Positions 10,201 to 17,188 of a stretch of DNA of 32,000 nt are shown here, piece by piece. A program made the position numbers and the translations under genes. Each line of letters starts with the position of its first letter. Position 1 is the stretch's first letter. This DNA is from an uncultured Methylococcaceae bacterium (GTDB taxonomy: Bacteria > Pseudomonadota > Gammaproteobacteria > Methylococcales > UBA1147): NCBI GenBank assembly GCA_964619885.1, contig CAZUGA010000015.1:59510-91509 (forward strand), read 5' to 3'. Below the pieces are notes generated by a model. That model saw only the letters and a list, made by a program, of their open reading frames with translations, did no database searches and had not been told where the DNA came from.

Positions 10201-11913
10201 ACGCCCACAACAGACCTGGGCGAGCCGCCCGAAAATTGTGGATTCAAACTGGAAAACGACCTCGAAGGAAAAAAGGTACATCTAGGCGCAGTACGGGACG
10301 TCGCTTTTTCCTATGATGGAAAGGCTGCGGTTACCGTAGGCGACGATGCCAAAGTAGTGTATTGGGATATATCCAACTCTCCCCCTGTCTCGGGCGTTAT
10401 CGGGCAACACGACCAGGGGATTGATAAAGTATCATTCAGTCCCGACGATAGCACCGTTCTGACTGGTTCGCGCGATAGAACAGCGCGGCTGTGGGATCTG
10501 GATCCGGCGACGCCGGGCCAGCTTGCCGTGTTTCAACACGACGGCGCGGTTTTCATCGCCCAATTCAGCGAAAACGGCCAGTATATAGGTACCGTTTCAA
10601 CCGACGGCACAGCCCGTGTTTGGGATACAACCACGGTCAAGCGTCTGTCATCACTCATGACGCAGCATACCGATCATGTCTGGTACGTCGATTTTAACCC
10701 GCGCCAACCAAACCCGGACCATAACACCCAATTTGTAACCACATCTTTCGATAAAACTGCGATAGTTTGGAATTATGCCTTCGATCCCCATGACCCCGCA
10801 AAATACTGGAATTTGAACAACTCGGTAACATTACGCGGACATAGCGGTCCGGTTAGATCAGCCCATTTCGGCAACGCCGGCAGCCTATTAGCCACCGCGT
10901 CAAACGACGGCACCGCCATGCTTTGGCGGCCGGACGGTACGCGCTTGTGTTCGATGCCAATGGATCCAGGTGGACCGATTATAGCCGTCAACAAAGCCTT
11001 ATTCGGCGCGGATGACCGATGGCTTCTAACCCAATCCATGGACAATAACGCACGTATCTGGAACACCTCCGGCTGTATTGGCCAAACCAGTAGCTGCGAC
11101 TGCACATTGCAAAATAAGCTGGAACACCAAAGCCTGCTACAGGCCAGCGCTGTTTCAGTGGTTGCAGAACAAAGTTTGGTCGCGACCGCGGATGAATCGA
11201 CGGTATCCGTTTGGAACACCCAATCCTGGGCACGGGGATGTACATTCCCGGCAACCGGAACGGTCACAGATTTGTACTTTTCACCCGACCAACATTTACT
11301 CGCGACAGCCTACAAAGACGGTCATGCGGAATTGTGGCGCAGCAGTGACTGCACTAATGCGGCTGAACTACGCGGGGGACATAGCGAATTGATATACAGC
11401 ATCCGCTTTAATCCGGCCGGCGATAAGGTCATTACCGCATCGCAAGACCAAAGCGCGGTCTTGTGGAATCTTGACGGACAAATATTGAACAAACTGATCG
11501 GCCACGCAGACAGAATCTATTCCGCGGAATTTAATATTGACGGAAGCTGGGTACTTACGGCATCGCGCGATGGCACCTCGGCTTTGTGGAAAATCCCGCA
11601 AGGCTACAGCGCCAAAAACATCGGGGATTCGTTAAAACCCTGGGTTTTATTGGAGGGTAACCACGGTGGCGTATCACTCGCCCGGTTCAGTCCGAATGGC
11701 CAATTTGTCGCGAGCGCTTACTGGAATAATGCCGCAGAGATCTGGTACGTATTGACCCACGCAGAAAATGGGATAGAGTCCGTCATACCCGCATTCGGCG
11801 AAAAAATGATCTCGGAAAACCATTTGCAGAACTGGGACGCGCGCCAGACGGTCAAACCGGAGCTTAAATGGCAGGATGAGGTGATGATCGCGATCAAACG
11901 ATTGTGGGAATAA
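7201..11913 (+). CDS. TIR-like (DUF4062-type) domain, nSTAND P-loop NTPase, single TM helix and tandem WD40 propellers
   Basis: - N-terminus: IFVSSPDDVKDER and GTEWEF.
- NTPase: FRGLQPFEFEHHAIFFGRD, Walker A MSGSGKSSLVKAG, Walker B LVIVVDQFEELF, AHEALLRNWPRV.
- TM helix: VGIGIALFVLSLLAIGGLYFTF (nt ~9215-9290), preceded by RASRSRER.
- About 14 WD40 blades, e.g. GHSGPVRSAHF..ASNDGTAMLW, GHSELIYSIRF..ASQDQSAVLW, GHADRIYSAEF..ASRDGTSALW. Confidence 0.85.
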   Translation: MTPETVRIFVSSPDDVKDERSIVKDIIERLRIEYEAYFEVNAILWENEAIVATGGFQEALVDPGTCDIVLVIFWSKLGTPLPQNKFGGLTGTEWEFINAIEHSHEYEGIPQVLVYRKDSPMLGNFFDDEAVREVREDKNKLDSFFKQHFFNPDGSFKRAYRTFQDQNEFANLVETQLHKLLDERKGSEGLKVVWKDSPFRGLQPFEFEHHAIFFGRDQAKRYLLRKLAKQIERGIAFVMIQAMSGSGKSSLVKAGLLPQLTAPRVIGDVVGIRWCTLRPSDGEDNPLRAIAQAIMRPDALGTELPQYGVDEDFIMKALSSDPALLKPSLQVALEKIAEERYQVESDVVRLVIVVDQFEELFSQRKIPLELKQLFVRNLDVLARSGMVWVIGTMRSDFLHETEAYPELQALMENDGQFHLFPPRHEEIEQMIREPAKLAGLEFESRDGVSLDETLLKDATSQQGALPLLEFTLDALYERRVERELTYAAYESIGGLAGAVADRAEKVFTRLPDNIQSSLSPVFRALVTINPKANEKVTARRADWTQLAKAPENKAFIDAFIDAHLLVSDQASAQEKQVVWVAHEALLRNWPRVAKWVESNIEDLRVRSRIAEATALWDKEGRNDQYLLPEGKPFAEATDLLNRVGQELEEHECQFIDLSTQRIRASRSRERVKVGIGIALFVLSLLAIGGLYFTFNFSLLAMRSIDNNRLVKADEAVDRGNTPHAISLAEAADILPRQSSYVLSRAISNNHLVAMIKVENSQAVAHRFAGFNSSLHHALTYSPINQEQAKPLTLWRIASGKPMGYQFNRGMTQWPQKPDFHNAAFSADGQTVFAVAESGVWQLPADGSGGASSPAYACKATSDTIIKLSNDGHWAAISYDRLNDGSWLCLMDLQQPGRIAFNAKLHDKHIRSLMFSPDSRFLSTASEDFNSCLMALDSGTLTSLAPTCIMIPYTRIVNRAKFNRASTQLAIASVDGISRIFDINPPCLQQLRSEFVTNISATPTTDLGEPPENCGFKLENDLEGKKVHLGAVRDVAFSYDGKAAVTVGDDAKVVYWDISNSPPVSGVIGQHDQGIDKVSFSPDDSTVLTGSRDRTARLWDLDPATPGQLAVFQHDGAVFIAQFSENGQYIGTVSTDGTARVWDTTTVKRLSSLMTQHTDHVWYVDFNPRQPNPDHNTQFVTTSFDKTAIVWNYAFDPHDPAKYWNLNNSVTLRGHSGPVRSAHFGNAGSLLATASNDGTAMLWRPDGTRLCSMPMDPGGPIIAVNKALFGADDRWLLTQSMDNNARIWNTSGCIGQTSSCDCTLQNKLEHQSLLQASAVSVVAEQSLVATADESTVSVWNTQSWARGCTFPATGTVTDLYFSPDQHLLATAYKDGHAELWRSSDCTNAAELRGGHSELIYSIRFNPAGDKVITASQDQSAVLWNLDGQILNKLIGHADRIYSAEFNIDGSWVLTASRDGTSALWKIPQGYSAKNIGDSLKPWVLLEGNHGGVSLARFSPNGQFVASAYWNNAAEIWYVLTHAENGIESVIPAFGEKMISENHLQNWDARQTVKPELKWQDEVMIAIKRLWE

Positions 11914-11992
11914 AGAATATCTTCCAGCAAACTTTATACAGTTTAATTATTCTGATTTGTTGCTGATCAAACTGGAAAATTTAACGCTGGCT

Positions 11993-13189
11993 TCAACCTT
12001 TCACACAAACAACTTGGTGGAGGGTGTGCTCGATGTCTACCAGATCATTTTGATTTTTCATCACTTGGTCGATGTCTTTATAAGCGCCGGGTATCTCGTC
12101 CAACACGCCTTTGTCTTTGCGGCACTCAATACCGGCGGTTTGAGTTGCAATATCTTCCGAGCTGAACGCTCTTTTTGCTTTGCCGCGACTCATACGGCGT
12201 CCCGCACCGTGGGAACATGAACTAAACGATTCGGTATTGCCTTTACCCCGGACAATGAATGATTTAGCACCCATACTACCTGGAATGATACCCAGCTCGT
12301 CCTGGCCAGCTCGAATGGCTCCTTTGCGGGTTATGTAGACATTCTCGCCAAAATGATTCTCGATCGCGACATAGTTATGGTGACAATTGATTGCCTCTTT
12401 GCTGATACCGAATTTTGGCAGCTTTTTCTTTAACGCATTGAGGATCAAACGCATCATTTCACGCCGGTTATCGAGTGCATAATCCTGGGCCCAATGCACC
12501 GCGTCCACGTAATCATCAAAATGTTCCGCGCCCTCTGTAAAATATGCGAGATCCTTATCCGGTAAGCTGTGAAGATGTTTGTGCATATCTTTGCGCGCGA
12601 GTTGAATAAAATATTGCCCGATCACATTGCCCACACCACGACTTCCGGAATGCAACAAAATCCACACAGCATCATTTTCATCCAGACATATCTCTATAAA
12701 GTGATTTCCACCGCCCAGCGTGCCCAGTTGTCGCACCCAAGTTTGATAGGGCTTTTTTTGCATTCTTAACAGTTTTGGGTGTTTGCGCAGTAATCGATCG
12801 AGACCAACAGACAACGCACGTACAGTCGACGCACGTGCCTTGTCTGTTTTATGCTGATCAAATCCAACCGGTATCGCCGCTTCAATATTCGAGCGAAGTT
12901 GGCGCAGATTATCCGGTAGATCTTCCGCCCCTATAGTCAAGCGCAACGCATTCATGCCGCAGCCGATATCGACACCCACCGCGGCCGGAATGATGGCACC
13001 TTTGCAAGGGATCACCGAACCGACCGTCGCCCCTTTACCAAAATGTACATCGGGCATCGCGGCGACGTGACCATGGATAAACGGCAGCTGTGCAATGTTA
13101 CACAGCTGTTGATAGGCTTGATGCTCGATATCGTCGGTATAGATTTTTACCGGTACTTTACCTTTGGTAATTATTTTCTTAATCGGCAT
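11993..13189 (-). CDS. rtcB: RNA 3'-phosphate/2',3'-cyclic phosphate ligase RtcB
   Basis: Collinear with E. coli RtcB as I recall it: MPDVHFGKGATVGSVIP, AAVGVDIGCGM, GGGNHFIEICLDE, LHSGSRGVGN, INCHHNY, IIPGSMGAKSFIVRG, SCSHGAGR, QVVCVKG. Confidence 0.95.
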   Translation of the reverse strand: MPIKKIITKGKVPVKIYTDDIEHQAYQQLCNIAQLPFIHGHVAAMPDVHFGKGATVGSVIPCKGAIIPAAVGVDIGCGMNALRLTIGAEDLPDNLRQLRSNIEAAIPVGFDQHKTDKARASTVRALSVGLDRLLRKHPKLLRMQKKPYQTWVRQLGTLGGGNHFIEICLDENDAVWILLHSGSRGVGNVIGQYFIQLARKDMHKHLHSLPDKDLAYFTEGAEHFDDYVDAVHWAQDYALDNRREMMRLILNALKKKLPKFGISKEAINCHHNYVAIENHFGENVYITRKGAIRAGQDELGIIPGSMGAKSFIVRGKGNTESFSSCSHGAGRRMSRGKAKRAFSSEDIATQTAGIECRKDKGVLDEIPGAYKDIDQVMKNQNDLVDIEHTLHQVVCVKG

Positions 13190-13192
13190 AGT

Positions 13193-13440
13193 TCAATCTC
13201 TAAAGTAATCATGGCGTTTTGCTCCGTCGTGTTGCTTGGATTGCAAGCAACACTTTTTAAAAGCGGCGCCCGGAACCGCAAACGCAAGGATCATTGCGCC
13301 CAAGTTTTTCCACCAGTTGTTTATCGCCATGTACGACTCTGTTACCTCGTTTGACATGGGTTTCGGATGGATAACCTTTTCGACGTTTGCTGGTCACTTC
13401 AAAAGGAATATTCCTGGGTAATACTGTTTGATTTTTGCAT
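13193..13440 (-). pseudogene. Small SEC-C-motif protein gene split over three frames (frameshifted, or recoded by +1 shifts)
   Basis: Not in the ORF track because each piece is under 60 aa.
- Frame 0: GGAGG plus 6 nt, then ATG (13440), giving [13 protein letters not shown] and TGA.
- +1 frame: (E)[46 protein letters not shown], then TAA.
- +2 frame: KKCCLQSKQHDGAKRHDYFRD, then TGA at 13195-13193, 3 nt before the rtcB ATG.

Together [14 protein letters not shown]|KKCC reconstitutes a canonical SEC-C motif. Confidence 0.6.
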
Positions 13441-13514
13441 GATGCACCTCCGTCGTTTTAGCACTGGTTTCGCACCAGCCTATCAAATTAAAATTTAGTT
13501 ACTTAGTCTCACCA

Positions 13515-14954
13515 TTAAGACACTAAACAAAATGGCTCTATCGCCAATACTTCCTTATTTGCCCAACGGCGCACAACATCCACTTCCATAGCGGTCGGTA
13601 AACGGTTTCGTTTCCCACGTATTTGGCAAATTTTTCGAGATTGCAAATTCAATTGGATTGTTACCATCCTGGTTTTGCCATTGGCATCCGTTTTTTCCAT
13701 TGTCCAAATCGAATCTTTCCCGCCAAAGCACGAACGAGCATAGCTCGCCACACAATGACTCTGTGCACGGCCTTCGGCAATAAGCTCCTTGCTGCTAAGC
13801 AATTCCCGTATACGCCATACCTTCATATTGGAGCGTTGCGCTTTTCCCTCGATAAACTGGTAATCTTTTATCTTCGATTTTCGCCATTGCAAATTACCGC
13901 CGCGAGATTCTCGACCCAACTGCCGATGCCAGTTTTCTACCTGCCGAAGCAAGGTCTCAACCGTTCGTCCGTGCATTGAAAAATTTGGCTGTTCTGCTCC
14001 AATTTCCCGCGCAACGCCCCGCGCTACAAATTCAATCCGATTTTCATATTTCTGATTCCAGATAAAATCAATGATCGGATTCACATGTGCAATGTCCAGC
14101 ATTGGATTCTCTATAAAGAATCGAAATACGCTTAACCAAAAGGCATCCTCCCGAAAATTTCTGATCAATCGTGTTTCGCTCAGCGCATTTGCAATTGCGT
14201 TATTGCCGCCAATCGCTTTGATTTGTGCCCATCTAAATGCGCTCAGCACCGACGCCTGACACGGTGCCAGCAAAAAATGATGTGCGATTTTTTTGGTCAT
14301 CTCAATCGGTAGCGAACGCGCTGTGCGGATGTTTTTGCCTGCACCGATATGGATGAACCACCCCTGCTGTACCGCATTACCCTGCATCCATGCTTGATCC
14401 ATAAACACCGGAACCTCATATTTCGCGACCAAATAACGCAATAAGGATGAAAACTGGCGTTCAGTATTGTGGGTCTTTGGACGCCAATCTTGTAACGGCC
14501 TGCACCAATTTGCGCGATGATTGACCAATCCAACAATCCCTTTTACATAATGAACGTCTTCTACAAAATCGGTCATGCCTTCCAGATGGAGCAGCACTTC
14601 GAACAAGAATTTAGGAAATGCGCAGTGTTTAAAGCCTTTCGCAATTTCACGCAGCACGTCACTATGGATGTGTTGGTTGCTGATCTGCTTATTGTAAAGT
14701 TGAACAATCTGGAAGCGTAATTTACTTTCCTTTTTATATTTTTTTAGGCACGACTCAGCAGCTTTTCGCCGAAACGCATCATCTTCCCGTTTACGTTGTA
14801 ACTGGGATTTTTGCAAACTTGCTTGAAAACCGTTCGCGCGGCACCACGCCTTGTACGCATCTAAATCTTTTAAATTCAAACTACGCGCATGCAGCAATAT
14901 CTCCGCGTGAAGATCCAGCGCTATCGATTTAAGCTTTTTATTTTTGGAAGCCAT
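13515..14954 (-). CDS. PcfJ-like domain protein
   Basis: 479-aa ORF. The C-terminal region (ELIAEGRAQSHCVASYARSC..IWTME....RMVTIQL....ICQIRGKRNRLP) resembles the PcfJ-like family signature as I recall it. The N-terminal part is unassigned. Confidence 0.55.
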   Translation of the reverse strand: MASKNKKLKSIALDLHAEILLHARSLNLKDLDAYKAWCRANGFQASLQKSQLQRKREDDAFRRKAAESCLKKYKKESKLRFQIVQLYNKQISNQHIHSDVLREIAKGFKHCAFPKFLFEVLLHLEGMTDFVEDVHYVKGIVGLVNHRANWCRPLQDWRPKTHNTERQFSSLLRYLVAKYEVPVFMDQAWMQGNAVQQGWFIHIGAGKNIRTARSLPIEMTKKIAHHFLLAPCQASVLSAFRWAQIKAIGGNNAIANALSETRLIRNFREDAFWLSVFRFFIENPMLDIAHVNPIIDFIWNQKYENRIEFVARGVAREIGAEQPNFSMHGRTVETLLRQVENWHRQLGRESRGGNLQWRKSKIKDYQFIEGKAQRSNMKVWRIRELLSSKELIAEGRAQSHCVASYARSCFGGKDSIWTMEKTDANGKTRMVTIQLNLQSRKICQIRGKRNRLPTAMEVDVVRRWANKEVLAIEPFCLVS

Positions 14955-15102
14955 TTTTAACCCACACTAGATCAATCCCATTACAATAATTTAATCAATA
15001 AAGACATAAGATTTCGGTTATTTCACCCCGCGGTGATCAGCCCCATTGCTGACCACCTTTCCCTGCAAATTGTCCGTACCAGTTTTTATAAACCAATAAT
15101 CA

Positions 15103-15176
15103 TGGCTAGGGATTCTGGAATCGAACCAGAACTTCGAGCTTCAAAGACTCGCGTGCGCCCGCTACACCAATCCCTA
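15103..15176 (-). tRNA. tRNA-Gln (anticodon UUG), CCA encoded
   Basis: 74-nt cloverleaf folded by hand.
- Acceptor: TAGGGAT/ATCCCTA (U1:A72, G73).
- D stem: GTGT/GCAC.
- Anticodon arm: CGAGT-CTTTGAA-GCTCG.
- Variable region: AAGT.
- T arm: TCTGG-TTCGATT-CCAGA. Confidence 0.85.
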
Positions 15177-15186
15177 TAAACATATT

Positions 15187-15264
15187 TGGTACGCCTTCTC
15201 GGAGTCGAACCGAGATGCCGCTGGTTCTAAGCCAGCGAGGTAAACCAATTCCCGTCAAAGGCGT
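15187..15264 (-). tRNA. Atypical class-I-shaped tRNA or tRNA-like gene with anticodon UAG, CCA encoded
   Basis: 78 nt.
- Acceptor: ACGCCTT/AAGGCGT, A73.
- Anticodon arm: GCTGG-CTTAGAA-CCAGC.
- Variable region: 5 nt (GGCAT).
- T arm: CTCGG-TTCGACT-CCGAG.

The D loop (GAATTGGTTTA) looks Leu-like, but the D stem has only 2-3 pairs and there is no long variable arm. Confidence 0.5.
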
Positions 15265-15338
15265 AATAGTTATTTTGCTATCCCAATATAAAGTTCAACA
15301 AAAACCTGTTCTAAAGCTATTCCGTGAAAATCCACAAA

Positions 15339-15503
15339 CTAATCTATGATGTGTAACGTTCGTTCCAGTAACCCCTTCAAAGTCATCCAGCCGATTAATA
15401 CTCCTTTGGCGGTCGCTAAAGACTGATCTGCGGTGTGACGCCGGTTGCCTTTTTCGGCTCGAAACCGTCTAATCGCAATGCGTTGTTTCATACTTAATTT
15501 CAT
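15339..15503 (-). CDS. Small hypothetical protein (54 aa from the ATG; the track ORF starts at TTG 15524)
   Basis: Open frame MKLSMKQRIAIRRFRAEKGNRRHTADQSLATAKGVLIGWMTLKGLLERTLHIID. No recognisable family and a weak RBS. Confidence 0.3.
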   Translation of the reverse strand: MKLSMKQRIAIRRFRAEKGNRRHTADQSLATAKGVLIGWMTLKGLLERTLHIID

Positions 15504-15577
15504 CGTTCGTCTCGTTTCGAACAATAACAGCCAACGTGCTAGAAAATCACTTCACTACACACCAAAACTTAATTATT

Positions 15578-15630
15578 CGGGGCAAAAAAAAACCCCGTTA
15601 AGCTTAATGCCCAACAGGGGTTTTTATTTT
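15578..15630. terminator. Bidirectional rho-independent terminator
   Basis: CCCC (15593-15596) pairs with GGGG (15617-15620), flanked by an A9 run on one side and T5 on the other. On the minus strand the stem is followed by T9. An alternative CGGGG/CCCCG hairpin forms around the A-run. Confidence 0.6.
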
Positions 15631-15679
15631 CCCGCGGAAGGCATTTTTAATAGCCTTCCACAATTCAAAACTGCGAAGA

Positions 15680-15862
15680 CTAGGTCATATTAAGACCACT
15701 CGGAGCTGCACTAACTTGTTCATGGGTTATCGACAAACACACTAGATCAATACACTCACTTACATTGGTCAATTTTTTGAGGACGCGCAGACGCATATCC
15801 GCCATCCCAAACTGATCCGGCTGTTTGAGCAATTTGCTATCTATGTATTGAATTTCGTGCAT
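15680..15862 (-). CDS. Small hypothetical protein (60 aa)
   Basis: ATG is preceded by GGAG with 8-nt spacing, and the terminator at 15578-15630 follows. No family recognised. Confidence 0.4.
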   Translation of the reverse strand: MHEIQYIDSKLLKQPDQFGMADMRLRVLKKLTNVSECIDLVCLSITHEQVSAAPSGLNMT

Positions 15863-16097
15863 TTATATCTCCAAAAAAACTATGGCTTAGTATAACAGTG
15901 GAATACAGAATAACAATATATTTTTTCAATTTTCTTGTATTTTTATCAAAATTCTATTTTCCCGAGGTCTCCTGAATAGATAACCCAAAGACATTAGGTA
16001 CGATTTGGTCATCCGACCAACCCAACCGAAGCAGGAAAGAGTTCGAGGCCCAATTATTGGGACCAATCCCGGCACACAGAACAAACTCACTCTTTAA

Positions 16098-16964
16098 CTA
16101 TGAATCGAGATTCGTGTTAGCATCGCCCGCAGATATAGATAACTCGCCGGATTGATCCATTTCACACGAGGCGTGTTTGTCTCGAATATGTTTGGTCAAC
16201 TGTTCGATTTCGTCGAGACCGTATTCCTCTTTTAGCCGATCAATACCATGCATGGCCAATGCATCCAAATCAGGATTTTCGGCATTCAACGCGTTATCGC
16301 GCAGCGCGTCTAGGTCGCTTTCGTTTAGATTAATTCCATTCGCCCGCGCATATACGATTGTTGCAAGCCTGACCGAATCGTTTTGCAATAGGATACTTGC
16401 TGTCTCCGCTACTTCTCCGGCCACTGGATTTTGGTAAACACACGACAAAATTTCTGAAAACGGATCCAACGAAATACCTGGATTATCATTTAGCGTGGAA
16501 GGCGCGCATGTCAGTCTTCGCGGATTGATCACTCGTACCCTTACCCGTTCACGGATTCCTGGAAAAAGCTTGGCTGAAACGTGTACCGCGCTATGAATAT
16601 CTGCAAAAAATTGACCGGTTCTAATCAACCGTACGGCTTCTATGGCTTGATCCGCAGTAAACGGTGTCCGCTCATCGAGCAGGTTAATTTCGGATAGTAA
16701 CTCATTGCTATCCAATTCCTCCGAATCACTTCTCTCCAGCATACATTGAAGTTTCTTTTTCGGATCTAGCTTCATGTTTTCGGTCTCGAGAGACGGTTGC
16801 CTCTGCCCGAAGGCGGCTACCGCCATTTTCGCCGGAAAATTTGATTTCAGCCGATTTTGACTCGGCGGGGTCGTCGCGCATGCCGAGCATATCAAGATCA
16901 TGACTGTAGCAAGCAAGAATACAAGCAGTCTTTTTCCAAGCTGAATTTGGAATGGGTATGTCAT
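16098..16964 (-). CDS. Hypothetical lipoprotein
   Basis: ATG at 16964 is preceded by GGGAGA. Signal peptide MTYPFQIQLGKRLLVFLLATVMILICSAC carries a lipobox-like Cys. The track ORF extends to 17018. Confidence 0.6.
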   Translation of the reverse strand: MTYPFQIQLGKRLLVFLLATVMILICSACATTPPSQNRLKSNFPAKMAVAAFGQRQPSLETENMKLDPKKKLQCMLERSDSEELDSNELLSEINLLDERTPFTADQAIEAVRLIRTGQFFADIHSAVHVSAKLFPGIRERVRVRVINPRRLTCAPSTLNDNPGISLDPFSEILSCVYQNPVAGEVAETASILLQNDSVRLATIVYARANGINLNESDLDALRDNALNAENPDLDALAMHGIDRLKEEYGLDEIEQLTKHIRDKHASCEMDQSGELSISAGDANTNLDS

Positions 16965-17016
16965 AGGTTTCTCCCTGAAATAAATTAAACCGAATGCGGA
17001 TTTAACGTTTTTGGCC

Positions 17017-17188
17017 AATCAATTTAAGAAGCTGTCTGGCTAAAATATTTTGATGCGAAAATGAAGCAAAATGAGGTTATTTTTTCGATTATTTGAGGCG
17101 AATAGATGGCAATTTAACGAAAATAATCGGAAAAATGGGCCATTTTGGGGCGTTTGCAGCCAACATCATTTTTAACCAGACAGCTTCT
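17017..17188. repeat. 172-bp long imperfect palindrome (MITE-like or REP-like element)
   Basis: Terminal inverted repeats AGAAGCTGTCTGGCTAAAA (17017-17035) and TTTTAACCAGACAGCTTCT (17170-17188) differ at one position. Nested inner inverted repeats TTTTTTCGATTATTT / AAAATAATCGGAAAAA. Confidence 0.6.

Noticed and set aside
13461-13480. CTGGT-GCGAA-ACCAG hairpin (minus strand) between the PcfJ-like and SEC-C genes, which superficially resembles a sigma-54 -24/-12 element (TGGTGC...GTGCT)
   Set aside because: The GG-to-GC spacing is 14 rather than 12 nt, so it does not fit TGGCAC-N5-TTGC. There is no T-run after the stem, so it is not a clear terminator either. I kept it only as a possible RNA structure.
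15060-15102. Looked for a direct repeat of the tRNA-Gln 3' end (TGGCTAGGGATTCTGGAATCGAACC) elsewhere in the window, to delimit a tRNA-integrated island, and for an integrase
   Set aside because: No second copy was seen by eye, and no integrase gene lies adjacent to the tRNAs. Island boundaries cannot be claimed from this window.
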